NCBI RefSeq assembly: GCF_002571385.2
Contig: NW_019218045.1
Location: 154,663-218,662, forward strand
From: Stylophora pistillata
Lineage: Eukaryota
Direction: 5' to 3'
DNA length: 64,000 nt
Position 1 is the stretch's first letter. Each line of letters begins with the position of its first letter. Below, piece after piece: positions 50,501 to 64,000 of this stretch. Made by a program: the position numbers and the translations under genes. The notes beneath the pieces were generated by a model, which did not search any database, had not been told where the DNA came from, and saw only the letters and a list, made by a program, of their open reading frames with translations.

Positions 50501-53019
50501 AAGCGATCTTGCCTTTTCAACTATAAGGTATCCAAAATAATACACTACACGAAGTAAAAAGCTGCTGTACGTTTTCAGAATCACAAGGACACTTTTCATA
50601 GAAAAGTTACAGTAAAGACTCGCTAAAATCACTCGGTTGGTATTTTGACACTGAAACTAATTGACTAACGGAATTTTAGAAGCCAAAACACTCAAGGGAT
50701 ATATAATCTCTCCCATTTGGAAAGCTCTATTTTTTTTTTCGGAGGATGTTTGAATCACTCCTGCTCCGGAAAAACTACCCAGCCTTTAGTTTTCGGAAGG
50801 TCTATTGTACAATCGGTCAGCTTTACAGCTGCAGCCCGCTCCTGCACCGCCTATCAAAAGTCTTTTTTAAACTTCAACGGATGCAGCTGTTCTCGAAAAT
50901 TGAGCCTGAAAAACAACGATGTACGTTTATTATTGAATGTGCCCTTGACAAGTTAGCATGAGGTGCCAAGTTTGAGTCGCCAATAATTTGCATGTAGCCG
51001 ATCCGTGTAGCCTTGTTTTTTTAGCCGAGTTTATCGTAATTAGGGCCTGGATTAAATTCCATAACATAACGTTTAAGTCCTTCCTAAGCTTTTTCAACTT
51101 TGGGATTCACTGATCCATGGTTTAAAAAATGACTGAGTAAGTACAAACTTACTAACTACGATCTAAATTGTTGTCGAATCAGTGTAACTTTAGAGGTGTG
51201 ACAAAAAAAAAAATTAAAAAAGAAAAGATTTTCATTCCCCAATCGGATTATTTATACGCATAGGGCAGCTTTAGTGTCTTACGTAGCGAAAAAGAGGGCA
51301 CTTGTTTGTTCGAGATCCAAAACATTCCGCCCTCAGTTCGTTGGTTCTCATAGAGGTCATTTTGAAAAAAAGATATCCCGAATTACATCCCTTATTAACT
51401 CGTGATCTGTAGCCTGTAATTAAGCCGATCAAGGTTAAAATCATCATTTTTTGCAGTGGACTTGGAGATTTACTGTATTCATGAGAAATGCTGTCGTTCA
51501 GTTAATTTCAGGGTTGTTGATATTTTGAGACGAGTGGTGAAAAAGCCACCACGAGAACCGCGCTTATTTCTCAAGGACGAACGATATTTGACTTTCCGGT
51601 CCCACTATTAATCTTAGCTATTTGCGGCGAAGTTTCATACTATAACAAAAAGCTCTATCAGTTTTCACTTTATGAGCCAAAAACTTTGACCTGTAATCAG
51701 TACGCGAACAGATCGCCAATTCAGTTTTACTCATGACAGACGGAGGCTGAATGATGTTATTTCGGGTCAAAGTGACCTCATCTACGATTAGAGGTTTGAT
51801 TTCTCAAGAGAAAACCTAAGAAAAACCGACTGAGAAAGGGCGTTCTCTGTTTACAGCCGTATTTGGACTCTCACTTCTGCACTGATATCAACCTATGTGT
51901 CAAATCTATAAAGGATCCACAGAAATTGCTAGCAAGTGATGTTAGAATAATTTTGCCTGATTGGAAGTGGGGTGTAACAACTAGTGAACCATGTCTCAGA
52001 ATCAATCACGCGATGTTGTCAACGGTCCGCTAAAAGTTGCTGCTTTCAATCTGGTTTTAACATAGTTAGTAGTATGGTTTTAAGGATGAGCGCAAACTGA
52101 AAAGATGAGAAGTTTTCTAGTTTGGAAACGTCCACGTCAGTGAGTCAGTGAATTGTTTTGTTGAGTCTTGAGGAAGCAATGAGTCTCTGTTAGCGCATTA
52201 AAACGTTTCCTGTTTGCCGGTGTTTGCCGTCCAGGGAAATCGCAACCAATTAAATATTAGCAGGAACGCGTTGGATGGGCACCCAGAGCCGGCTACGAGT
52301 AGCGTTTCCCACCAAAGTGTGTTGTCTGGAATTAGGGCGAGGTTCGGCGGTTAGTAAAATATTTGAAGTGATGCATAATTTTTACGTATTCTCGAATTGA
52401 AATAACGATCTGTCAAATAACTGTTTTCTCTTTTTCACCTTTTCACCTTTTAATTAAGAAAAGGTGACGTTGATTTTTTTCCTAAGTTTACTCAGATGGT
52501 CCTTTGATTCATGGAGAGCATTAGTGTGGATTTTCTTCTGATATAAAAAGAAATGACATTCGTTAAAACACTGGTTTGTTTCGTTTTTAGCCCTGTTTGG
52601 ACTTGAAATCAAATGAGTTTCGATGTGAAATGCGATAGCGAAAAGAAAAGCTTTGGTGGAAGACGTCATCACACATAATTTTTCGTTACAGCTAATGGAT
52701 TTTTTCGCCTAATCCCAGTGTCAGATAAAGAAATATTCTTTAAGTAGTCATTGGACTGGTTCAAATTCACAGACTTGACCTCTACTGCTCTTCTTCAATG
52801 CAAAAAACAGTTGGCTAAAAAAAATTGATAGATAAGTAATTTCCGAAAAACGTCAAATTGAGAACCCGATAACATTTCTGTCACGACCGGAATGGAACAC
52901 CCATTGTTTTGATATTGTTAATAGGTCATCACTGTATTGGTTTCTTTGACTAAAGACGACATAATAGGCTCAAGCAAAACTCGTGAGGCACGACACGACG
53001 TTAACAAAACGCCTTTGAA

Positions 53020-53083
53020 TGACGTCACCAGGGTTAAAAATAACAATTCGGGAATAGGGTGCGCGGAATTAAGAGAATATAAA
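53020..53083 (+). promoter_or_regulatory. Proximal promoter of the MKP gene: palindromic CRE plus TATA box
   Basis: TGACGTCA at 53020-53027 and TATAAA at 53078-53083, about 155 bp upstream of the ATG. Confidence 0.65.
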
Positions 53084-53235
53084 GCGCGGGCCTGAAAAAG
53101 ATTCATAAGACACCGAAGCCCTGCAAGGAGAAACATTAGAAAGATTTTTCATCGTCAAGTAATAGATCGACTCTTGTTTGTTTTCAGGAAGAGGAATTAA
53201 GGAATTACTTATCAATCATTGCTGCGTCAAAGATT

Positions 53236-56003
53236 ATGGTTGCAATGGATGAGAATGACTCTGTATGGCCACTCGCCCCACTCACGTTTGTAAACATGAC
53301 CAGCTCTCTGAGTCAGAAATGTATAGTCATTGACTGTCGTTCGTTCTTATCATTTAACGCCGCCCACATCAAAGGATCGCTTAACGTTCACTGCCCTCCT
53401 ATCTTAAGAAGAAGACTGCATCGTGGATCATCAACGTTAGATTGTCTACTCAAATCTCCTGAATTGAAACGAAAGGTTGCGGATGCAGAAACTTTATTTT
53501 TGTACGGGGAAGGAACTCAGGATTGGAATGACTTGGAAAAGGACAATACGATGAAGATACTCTATATGCTTTTGAGGAGAGAAAGAGTAGACAAAACTTT
53601 ATATTTCATTAAAGGTGAGTTTAGTCCTCCCGTAGTAGTTCAGTGCTTCCTTGTAACTCAGCTGAAAGCCTCTGATAACTATTGTTCGGTCAGCCACGTG
53701 CTCCTAGGCAGTGTGCTTTTATCATTTAATTGTTGCTCTTAGTGTTGACGTTGAGAGGTCAAAAAGTGTTATTTATTTTTGAACGATCCCTCTGAAGGGT
53801 GATGGAAGTGGAAATATCGATTATTTCTCGCTGGTATGAAGGCGAGGGAATGTTGTGATGAAGAAACACTACAAAGCCGAAGCGTAATTAATGTGTACTA
53901 CGTGTTTACGTGTGCTGCTCATCGTGAATTCATGAATGAAAGAGTTCCTTTGTTATTGAAATATCAGTGAGTGAATGAAGACAAAGACATCACGTATGAC
54001 TAAAGGAGTGAATGGTTGACCCCTCTAGTACGAGTTGAAAACAGTCTTCAATCGAGTTCGTATCAAAGAGGTCAAACATCATCGCGGATGTCCTTTATTG
54101 GACGGGCTATTTTTTCTTCGCAATATTTGGGCTTATTGGTTACCATTTCCTTCATTTAAAGTTGAATAAAAAAACAGGAAACATTCTGATCGGAATTTAT
54201 GAGAAAATATTTACAAGCACGTACCAACATGCTTCCCCTGACCAGTTGTGACGGTACACTCAGCTGATTTTCTTTTCCTTCTAGTGTTTTCTTTTCTGTG
54301 GTTAAATAGTCTTGGTGAATGCCGAATCTTTCAATCCTGACGAGAACATTTAACATTTTCAAATCTTCTCAGACTCTGAACGTTGAGTTTTCTAGATAGT
54401 GCGCCAGCATATATGTTCGGTCACTAATTTGCTACCAAAAGATATTTTAGCGTCACCGCTTTCGGTGAAGATATATTTGGTTTGATATCTAGAACAACCA
54501 TTAATTAAGAATTACACGAAGAAACGCCACCGACTTATGAAGAAACGTCATATCTTTGTTGTCTTCGTGATTTCTAGCATGTTTTGTAGTCTCCACAACA
54601 CAATCAAATTATCAAGTAAAGCAATGAGCTTCAATTTCAGCAATTACAGGAAAGAAGCCTGAAAAAATTCAGACTTGAGGGCAGTTGTTTAAATTGCAGC
54701 TCACCTGCGAGGATCATTGCTTTACTTGATTTTCATCTGAAGGTCAAACTAATTTTATTTCATGAAAAACTATGATCACGATCTATGGTAATAATTTTAT
54801 TGACTGCATTTTGTTTTTGTTTTTTTGGTAGGAGGATTTGAAAAATTCGCGTCGTCGTTCCCTTCTATGTGCTACTTTGCAAATCCTCATACAGCGTCAC
54901 AGGCATGCTCCAGTCCTCTCGGTTTAAGGCTCAAAGCAAAAGATTCTAAAAGATTCAGCCCGAGAAACGAGATTGATCCTGTCAGGGATTATGCCGAATC
55001 ACGCCCAAATATGTCAGCCAAGCCAAATGAACCTGTTGAAATCTTACCGCATCTGTATCTTGGAAGTGAATTCCACTCGTCTCAGAAAGAGCTCCTACAA
55101 CGCCTGGGTATCACTGCCATAGTCAATGTATCAAGAAATATTCCGAACTTTTTCGAGGATGCATACGACTACAAGTCCATTCCGGTTGACGACACTTACA
55201 CTGCAGATATCGGCCGATGGTTTGAGGAGGCGGCGATGTTTATAGGTAAGAGATTCTTTTGAACGCAGAGGGAACACAATCGATGAAAAGAAAACTTGTG
55301 ACTTTAAGACTCTCGCTTTCCCAAAGGAAAATAATCAAAAAAGTGTTAACTTGCTGAAAGTTCGAGCTGGTCTTTTAGAGGTCAATATCAAGAATCACTG
55401 AAACTCCCTTAACATTACACAATCTAAAAGGTCGATCCCTTGAAGCAATCTTGGGGCTTGTCAAGTGATGAGTCTTGACTGACGGACTTGCAGATAGCCA
55501 ATATTTATGAATATAGATTTTCTTTATTTTTCTGCTTCTTTTCTTAGTCGTTCTCACTGTAAAAACTTATCATGGAAGCTTCACCTCATCAAAAACTCAT
55601 CTTTTCTTTAAATGTATTTTCACTTACTTATTTCCCCTTTTTTTGTCTCATTTCAGATTCAGTGAAGAAATCGAAAGGACGGGTACTAGTACATTGCCAA
55701 GCTGGGATCTCAAGATCAGCCACCATTTGCCTCGCATATCTTATAAGTAGACATCAACTCAGGTTGGACGAAGCTTACGAGTACGTTAAGAAGCGCCGTT
55801 CAGTTATATCACCAAACTTTAACTTCATGGGGCAACTCCTTAATTGGGAATCGGAGACTCAGCTGACAAATAGAGCAACGAGTACACATACACCGACCAC
55901 CCCGTTTGGGTTTTTCAGTTTTTCACCGTTGCCATGTGGATCCGAAATGACGACCTCTGGTAACAAACAGAATTCACCCGGGCTCGTTACTTCCCCTATG
56001 TAG
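53236..56003 (+). CDS. DUSP1: MAP kinase phosphatase of the inducible nuclear DUSP1/2/4/5 group, 3 exons, 379 aa
   Basis: Exons 53236-53614, 54832-55245, 55657-56003. Rhodanese domain DCRSFLSFNAAHIKGS with KIM ILRRRL, then LYFIKGGFEKF, PVEILPHLYLGS, catalytic VHCQAGISRSAT, ISPNFNFMGQL and C-terminal SPxxxTSP. The symbol indicates co-orthology only. Confidence 0.92.
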
Positions 56004-57773
56004 CTCACAAATACCAGAGGCAAGAAACAAAAAATTAACGACTCTTTAGTACAACTAAAGCTGATTTTAGAGAGTAGCGGAGTAAATCCAATGTATATCT
56101 ACCATTACAGCTGAAAAAAAAAAAAAAAACAGTTATGCTCTTTTCTCACAAGACACGTCGTTTACCCTCTAGTCTGGTTATTTATGGTTTACACAATAAT
56201 TCATTTTATGAATTGCATGTGGTAAAATCATTGTCACTGTACGCTTTGAAAATGGTCGGAATAAGTAAAGACTATGACAAAATTGAAGTGGAGACTATAA
56301 TATTTAACAAAATTCTCTTCCACTTCGATGAGGAATATTTTTGTAATTTATGCAATAATAAAAAAATTATCACTTTCGTATTACCCAAGTAGTTGATAAA
56401 ATAAAATAGGCTTGTACTTTACGGTGGCAAGACTAAAAGTAAGCCGAATTACGTTTTGTGAAAACTTGACTCAAAGAAGAAAAGTTTGAAAGATATGTAC
56501 GATATATTTATTGATAAATTTCAAAATATTGAGAATGTAAATTTGAAAAGATGTTAGTCATAATATATTATAATGTACTTGACCAGACCCAGATGAATGG
56601 CGCCCAAATATGTTTCAATAAATTATGAGGAAAATCGTAATATTTCTTGCAGTGTAGTTTTAATTAACCATTTATAGTTTTCGCAGTATAAAGACCATCC
56701 ATTTGACATTTAAAGAGCAGCAAGAGATCATAAGTTAATCTCTTGAGACCAATGTTCAATTTTTTTTTTCAATTAAAGGTGCTTTCACAAAGGATGAGCA
56801 AGGTGAAACCTCATCTCGAATTAGTCGGAAGTTTCATTTTCATTCTTATTCCGCTTTAGCTAAAGCGTCTAGGTAATGATATCAACTGATAGGCAGCTGC
56901 ATACCTGAAATAGCTTTCGTTGTCGACGGTTTTTTAGGCATTAGAGCAAACAAAGCTTCCGGCCGAGCTAAACAGCCAGCTACGCGGATACGGTGAAATT
57001 TAACTCAGCATTCAGCGTTTCTATAAAGTTTGCCTGAAAATGTTGACCAAAGTCCATGGAAACCAACGAGCTGTTCTTCTTTAAAGCTTTTTTTGTAGGA
57101 TCATAGTTACCTTGACCATGTTTACACCACGTTGCAATTATAATATTTGAATACAAAAGGACTGAAAACTACGAGCTGTGTGATTGATCGTTACCCAAGA
57201 GCTTTCAACTTTTGTTTCAGGCAAGTACGCAAGTGCGGACGTCATCGTGAAACTGTTTTCTATATATATATTTTTTTCAGTCAAAATTGTTTTCGAGACA
57301 TCTAAATACTTCGAAAAAAGTCCTACAGGAGCTGTTTGCTAACAAACCTTGGTACAGTATTATCATACTCTGAACTTTTAATCATGTGTCAAGAATTTGT
57401 GGGGAAGATCCTATCTATAAGAGTAAGATCCTATCTAGAGTTGTAATTGCTTTTCTAAAATTAAGAGCATATCGTCATAGCCTTATACTCTCCGTCTCTC
57501 ATTCGGAAAATTAATCATAATTATTTCCGAGGCTTGCCAACGTAATTTCAATGAGCACTAGTTACCAAGCCAAATAGTTTCATTTCAAGCGCGCTGTCGC
57601 AACGAGTGGAAGTCTGGTAAGTATATAATTCAGCCAATCAATATTCACCGCGTAAGAAATTATACATGGCGGCAAAAATTTTGCAACCAGAGTTATGTTC
57701 TCGAATAGCCATTGTTTATAGTTTTGTGTCCGGCATCTTTCACGAGTGAATGGTATAATTTTACCGGGGAAAC

Positions 57774-60700
57774 ATGCAGTTTGATGTTAGAAGGTAAGAA
57801 ATTCTAGTGAACGATAAGCTTGATCACTATGCAGGATAGTTTCGATTGGAAAAATAAAAAATTCTCCAGAATTATAAAATATTGCACACGTGTCAAAACA
57901 CGTTGGGTTGTGTATATTTGGCAGCTGAGAAAAGAAAACCAGGACTGTGTACCCTAGGAAATAATGGGGATGCTAAGTTTGCCTTGCGTGAGATATAGAG
58001 GCAGGAGTTTCGATTTTATTAACCTGGTTTTCCTCATTGCAACATCCAGTTATTTGAGACATTAAAATTTAATCCAGAATATTTTTTATTCATATATTAT
58101 AAAAGATTGAAGATGGTTTGTCTGCCTTATTATAAGTCTATTTTCAAAGTTCTTAGTTGAATTTTAAAGTTTTACGCAGTAAAACAAAGAGTAGAATCAC
58201 TTGGCCAGCACTATGTATTTGCTAAATCAGCCAGGCAGATCCTCCTTTTAGTGTCTATTGTGAATGAAATACACTTAGATCATTCCCAGCTTATAGCATT
58301 CACAAGTGATTTTGAACAAGATTCTTGTTTTTCCAACTTTCTCTTCATTTAAGGGGTTGACCGTTGTATTTAACTAGTAGCATGTAAATACAGATGTTCA
58401 TCAAGAGTTTTTTATTATAAATGCTTAAGAGAGATTAGGCTTCTTTGAAGAGTGCTTTGACAGTCATTTGGGGTCAGACAATGAAGGCAGGAAAAAGTTT
58501 GTTAGTTAGTCATCAGGGCTGAATGTTCTACGAAGTAGAGGAGCTTCCAAGCCACTTGTTAGCGCAAGGTCACATGTACATGACATGGGGTGGTATTTCC
58601 CTTAAGTACTGTTTTTTTGTATATTACAGGTTTGATGTTTATAGAAAAGTTCCAAAGGATTTAACAGAACCCACACTGACAGGGGCAGTTAGTAAGTGCT
58701 TTTTTCCAATTACTTATGTTAAAAACCAATTCTGAAGGGTCCAACATCCTTCTCAATGCTATCATTTTTCTACAGAGACTGCAATTTTTTTGTATTCAAC
58801 ATTGAAAAGGGGGTGGGGGATCTGAATTGGGAGTGTTTCAATAATTATGATGAGGATTGTGTCACTATTACATGACTCCTTCAGAGCAACTGTATTGAAT
58901 GTACAGTATGTACCCAGAAACATTCAAAAGTCTTTCATGTTATCAGGTCTGTATTTGTTGTGTATACTATCAATGTCTCTTTGGGAATATACCACACAGC
59001 TGCACAATTTTCAGTTTTGTATACTGATTGAGTCAGTTTCCCTTGGAGACAGATGTTTACTCCAAATACCCATTACTCTCTCAGTAGAGTATAGCTTGAA
59101 CTGATTGAATAGATGGGAAAGACATTTGTATAAGTGGTGAGAGACATGTAAGAGAACAGTTAGTGTCAGTTGTTCAATTGGTTTCCAGTCACAAAAGTGA
59201 TGGTAAAGGTAAAGAATCCGATCTTAACAACACATTGGCCAGCACATTGGCCAATGTGTCAGCCAACACATCAGCTTACACACTACTGATACACTACCAA
59301 CACATTGGTAAGATCCACCAACACCTCGGCCGACACCTTACCGACACACCACCAACACACCACCAACACACTATCAATGCGTCGGCGAACACACTACCGA
59401 TGTGCTGGTAAGATTGACAAATGCTTCTGCGAACGCACTACTTTAGCCATGCTGCACTTATCATTAAAGGCACAAATGTGGAATCAAAACTGAGACAAAC
59501 ATGCCATGAAATTTCCAGTAAAGTGAACAAGGCGTATTGTAGTTTATCTTCAAAATGTGTACTTTGATGAGGTGTTGACAGCTTGAAAGTACATGTTACA
59601 AATTACTGCATGAAGAGGATTCAAGATGAATAGTGAATCTTTTTACTGTTGTCATAGTAACTGATGAAGCAGCTTAACCCTTTTACTATTTCTTTTACTC
59701 AACAGTCTCAATATGCAGTTGCCTGTTCATAGTATTTTTGTTGTTATCAGAGTTTTACAGCTTTATCAACACAGAAATGTAAGTGCCAAATTGAATGAAA
59801 ATTTTATTTTTCAATTGATACACTGAAATTGGATAGCAGTTAAAAGATTAGAACAACATATGTACCATGATTCAAGGGAAGTGATTCTTTACTGTTAGTA
59901 GTACTGACAAGCTAAGTTTTTTTATGGTTATTTATTGCTTGACAATTTTTCTTGTCTTTTGGTGTGTATATCTGAAAAAGAACATTTCAAAAGAAAGAGA
60001 AAAAAATCACTTCAAATCAGGCCAAATGGCAACTTAGGGATAGGTGTTTGGTCTGTTAGCATGAAAAGATGAAATTACTTTTCCCCAGTAGTTGTGAAAT
60101 GTTTTATTTGTGTTAGATTTTGATAAATGCTCACATTTCAAACATTTGAAAACACATCTCAAGTTCACCACTGCAATAAGTTGTGGCATGGTGGTTGGGT
60201 TTTCAGAAATGCTAACTTTTCACATTGCAGTCATTTAGCACTTTCCATCTTGGTAAACTATTTTTGCTTCATGCATTGATTGAGTTTCTTGAAATTAAGT
60301 GCATGAAAAAATGAAGAGCATGTAGAAAATGAATGTTAATTTGGCCCTTTATCCATGGCTACAGTTTACTGATACTGCAACTTATACATGTTTCTTTGAA
60401 TTTAATTTTTTAATCTCCTGAGGGGATCTTTTTCTTGTTTTTGGCTCAGTGTTAGTGAGCTGTTTGTAGATAACCCAACAGAAAATGACCGATTGGATGT
60501 GAAATTAAACATAACTTTGCCAAGAATGAAGTGTGAACGTGAGTTACCTTTGTTGCTACCTATATTTAGTGACTAATTATATACTTATGTAAGCACATCA
60601 GTCCAGCTTACCTTGCCTTTCTCTAAAAGTCACACATCCAGGGCTGTCAATAAGATTTGAAGTAGGTGGAGATATTTTGAAAGTAGCCAGAGGCCCCCTC

Positions 60701-63700
60701 ACAGGTGAGGGGTTTGGGGGCCACCCAGGGCCCCAGCAGGGTACAGGGGCAGAGCCCTGTTGGGGGTCAAGGGGGCAAAGCCCCCTGAAGCAAAATGAGT
60801 TAAACATTTTGAAATTACCAAAAATTGCCTTTCCTCAGAGAAATTCTAGCTAGTCTCACTTCTTGAAAAGAACAGTACTATTAATGACTAGTCAGTTGAG
60901 ATGGCTGATAAAAATAGTGGGCACCCCCACCCACTCCACCCCCTAAGAAAATTATCAAATCAATAGTCAAGCAAATGCCATTTTCAGCATTTTCAAGGGG
61001 TGTTTCCCACCAGAAAGACAATCACAATCAAGAACAAAAAAGATTTATTTAATCTAAATTTGCAGAAAGCTCTTCCTGTGCCTGCAGGGTTACACAAGCC
61101 CAAATACCATTTTAAGCCTTTTCCTGGAGACATTTTAAGGCAGTCTCTCTTATCTCTGTGATCATATTTAAAGAAAATAAAAAATAAGAGAACTTTCTGT
61201 CTACAAATGCTATGAATAAATTTGAGTTTGTTGCCTGGTGTAACAGTGATCAAATTTTATTGAATTTGTAGAATGAAGTACAAAGGAGAGAGATTTTTAT
61301 TTAGTTCTCTGGCATTTGAGGACGAATGAGGGAATCACAGTGAAAACTACCTAATAAAATGATTGAGAAATTGCAATATACGGTACTTTACTTTTCATAA
61401 TTCTACCAAGGAAATGAATAGGGCCGCTGGTTAGACTTGCTCAGTATCTAAACTTTCAATGTTATTTCATGAGTGAAGCAGCCAGCAATTTTTGTCAGAG
61501 TAGCCGGCGACTAATGACAGCCCTGACATCACTTGTTAATTTTGGGCATACTGGTAATCATGTATCACTTATAAATTCATTTCACCCACCATGATTTGAC
61601 ACCTGTGTTTGCTCTCTATTTTTGAGGTGTTAACTAAATATTTAAAGAATAAAGTGTAGGCATCTCAGTAGGTAGGGCAAGTCAGAATTTCAAGCTAATT
61701 GTTTTGGCTGAATCACCTACAAGCATTGCAAGCTCACCATTTGTAATCATGTCACCATGTTTGATTTTGGGTTATAGTGGGTAGGGAAGGTTTGGGAAAA
61801 ACAGATAGTCTCCCTCCCAGATGGTAAAGGCTCATGAAACAAGTTAACCCTCCTAATAGTGGCCATTCACTGCATTTCTAGAAAAAAATTGTCAGTGATC
61901 AGTCCAGTTAATAATTATTTCAAAAGTGGAAGCCACTGGTCAAAAGTATCGAAATGCAAATGTACCTTTCTCCTTGTTGATTTTTATGGTAATATTGCTG
62001 ACAGTAAAAGTAGATAAGCATTTGTGTTTGTTTTCAATTTTTGTTCTAGATTATTATCTATCATCCATTTCATAATAGTCAAATAATGTATAATTATGCA
62101 AAATTTGACTTGCTGTTATTATTCAGATCTTGGTCTGGATATCCAGGATGAAATGGGACGGTATGTTTGGTCAAATTCATATTGATATTAATTATAATGA
62201 TAGTGATAAATTGACATAAACTGATAATTTTGATGGTAACAGTTAATAACTTTTGTATGTTTTTTTTGTTATTGATATACCTCATAGTGCTTTAACACTT
62301 TGATTTGACAGAACATTGTTTTTGAACACATATTTTTAGTCAATTAAGCCACCTTTGTAAAACAACCTCTGAGAGGTTACAAAATAAAACTCAAGTTCAT
62401 GCATTAAATCGAATAAGTCAATTAATGTGTTGACTATGGCTGTAAATTACTGTAATATTTTTCTACAGGCATGAGGTTGGTTTTCAGGAGAATACCCACA
62501 CTGAAGAAACAAATCATGGAGGTACATGCAGGTTACATTTGTTTGTACTTACAGACACTATTTACATAATATGTACAGTTTATTCCAGTTTTTTCCTGCC
62601 ATTACATTAAATTTTATTGTAAAATTTGTCTTTCAGAAGGATGCGTTTTCTCCTGCAAGTTCAATATAAACAAGGTATTCAGATATATTATATATTGCCT
62701 TCAAGCAGGTAAACACAAGACATAAGATTCATGACTCAAGTTGCTAGCATCTGTTTTTTTTAGTCTGCAACAGCATGTGGGCTACTCTAAGAACCTGTCT
62801 TGCATATTGCAGATCTAGGAGTAACATCTTTGCATGCTTTGAATACTTAAAGACAGCTATTCATAACCTTACTTTGTACTAATTAACAGTTCACAGGGTC
62901 CTCAAGACAGCAGTTTGATAATGTAGTAACTTTCTAAATCAGGATTTTTCTTTTCTCAAGGTTCCTGGTAATTTCCATGTGTCCACCCATGGAGCAGGTG
63001 CACAGGTGAATGCTTTGATCATTACTAACCAGTCTTCTAAATTCCTTGATAGCTTGTACCCATTCTCCTTCCCAGCCGTTGTTTGGTCTCATCGCATAAT
63101 GGGCTCTCTCTCCAATCGCTGGTTTGGGAGAAAGCATATTGCATGATAAGATCAAACAATGCTTGCAAAGGAGACTAACCTGTGCCCTGATTGCAGCAAA
63201 TTTTATAAAATTATTTCTTTTTGTCTTTTCTCAGCCAGATAATCCAGATATGGCACATCACATCAACTCTCTTAATTTTGGATCAGAAATCAGGGTAATA
63301 CTGAGGTGTAGGGATATAGTAGTTTCTGTACCCAGGGCTTGACACTTGCGGTAGCCAACTAGCCACAGACTAGTAGAAATTCAGTTTTGGCTAATGGTTT
63401 TTTAATTTCCACTAACCAGTTTGGCTAGTAAACAAATTGAAATTGTTGTACCATCTAAGTCGTCACTAGCCACTTGGCTAGTAAGTTGGAAAGTAAGTGC
63501 CAAGCCCTGGTACCTGTGAAGGAACACTACAAATTGCTGCTGCAATTGTTAGTTTCTGTCTAATTTGTGTGGTTGAAATGTCTTTTCCAACACAGGATAA
63601 ACTTCCTGGTGCTTTTGTGGCTCTTAAAGGACGAAATAAAGAAGATGTTAATAGTGAGTAAAAGTGATCATACCATAATAAAACAACTTTCTCAAGACTC

Positions 63701-64000
63701 TACTTGTGATTTATTTCAATTTCTTTTCAAAGTGATTTTTCTTCAAGTGTGAGAGTTACCAAACTCAAGATGTGGCTTATCTGTGAGTGGGGGCTTATAC
63801 ACTGATGTGTACAAAAATTTCTCACGTGACACAGTTACTAATCACTCCTGCTGTACCACGAAGGACAGGGTGGTACACGTGTATTCAAATAGATGCTGTT
63901 GTTTTGCAGGTTTGTCTTCGCATGACTATGTATTGAAGATTGTACCTACAATTTACGAGAAACTGGATGGAAGCACAACCTTTACATATCAATATACCTG
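57774..64000 (+). CDS. ERGIC1: ER-Golgi intermediate compartment protein 1 (ERGIC-32), 5' part, truncated by the window edge
   Basis: Exons 57774-57793, 58630-58691, 59706-59778, 60450-60538, 62127-62160, 62469-62521, 62637-62674, 62961-63005, 63235-63294, 63596-63653, 63910->64000. Translation includes MQFDVRRFDVYRKVPKDLTEPTLTGA, LGLDIQDEMGRHEVG, INKVPGNFHVSTH and SHDYVLKIVPTIYE. Confidence 0.95.
59225..59405. repeat. Degenerate low-complexity (ccaacacac/ccgacacac)-type minisatellite
   Basis: Recurrent ccaacaca/ccgacac units in ERGIC1 intron 2. Confidence 0.55.
60639..61525. mobile_element. Non-autonomous DNA transposon, 887 bp, CAGGG termini, 5-bp TSD
   Basis: TIR CAGGGCTGTCA / TGACAGCCCTG; TSD ACATC at 60634-38 and 61526-30. 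Confidence 0.82.
63333..63509. mobile_element. MITE, 177 bp, CAGGG termini, 5-bp TSD
   Basis: TIR CAGGGCTTGACACTT / AAGTGCCAAGCCCTG; TSD GTACC at 63328-32 and 63510-14. Confidence 0.82.

Noticed and set aside
47600-52100. Many 60-100 aa ORFs between the orphan gene and DUSP
   Set aside because: No consistent splice structure or motifs; the region looks like regulatory or intergenic DNA with small repeat remnants.

Overview
AT-rich, intron-containing animal genomic DNA. The gene and repeat complement points to a cnidarian, most likely a stony coral; this is an inference. Manual splicing recovers these genes, left to right: (1) the first exons of an unidentified minus-strand gene; (2) a 14-exon protrudin gene (ZFYVE27-like, 386 aa) that is invisible in the ORF track; (3) a two-exon Not-like ANTP homeobox gene with an in-frame TAG directly in front of an intact homeodomain; (4) an intronless class A GPCR; (5) a GT10 alpha-1,3-fucosyltransferase pseudogene interrupted by a compound LTR-like/Penelope insertion; (6) a 12-exon PX + six-SH3 Tks4/Tks5 (SH3PXD2)-like adaptor; (7) a small orphan secreted-protein gene; (8) an inducible-type MAPK phosphatase (DUSP1/4/5-like); (9) the 5' part of ERGIC1. 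The window holds four Penelope-like or Penelope-type insertions that carry minimal hammerhead ribozyme motifs, three of them in fold-back arrangements. It also holds LINE fragments, a tRNA-derived SINE and several MITEs, two with CAGGG ends and 5-bp TSDs. All gene models and homologies were made by eye or from memory and have not been checked by search.
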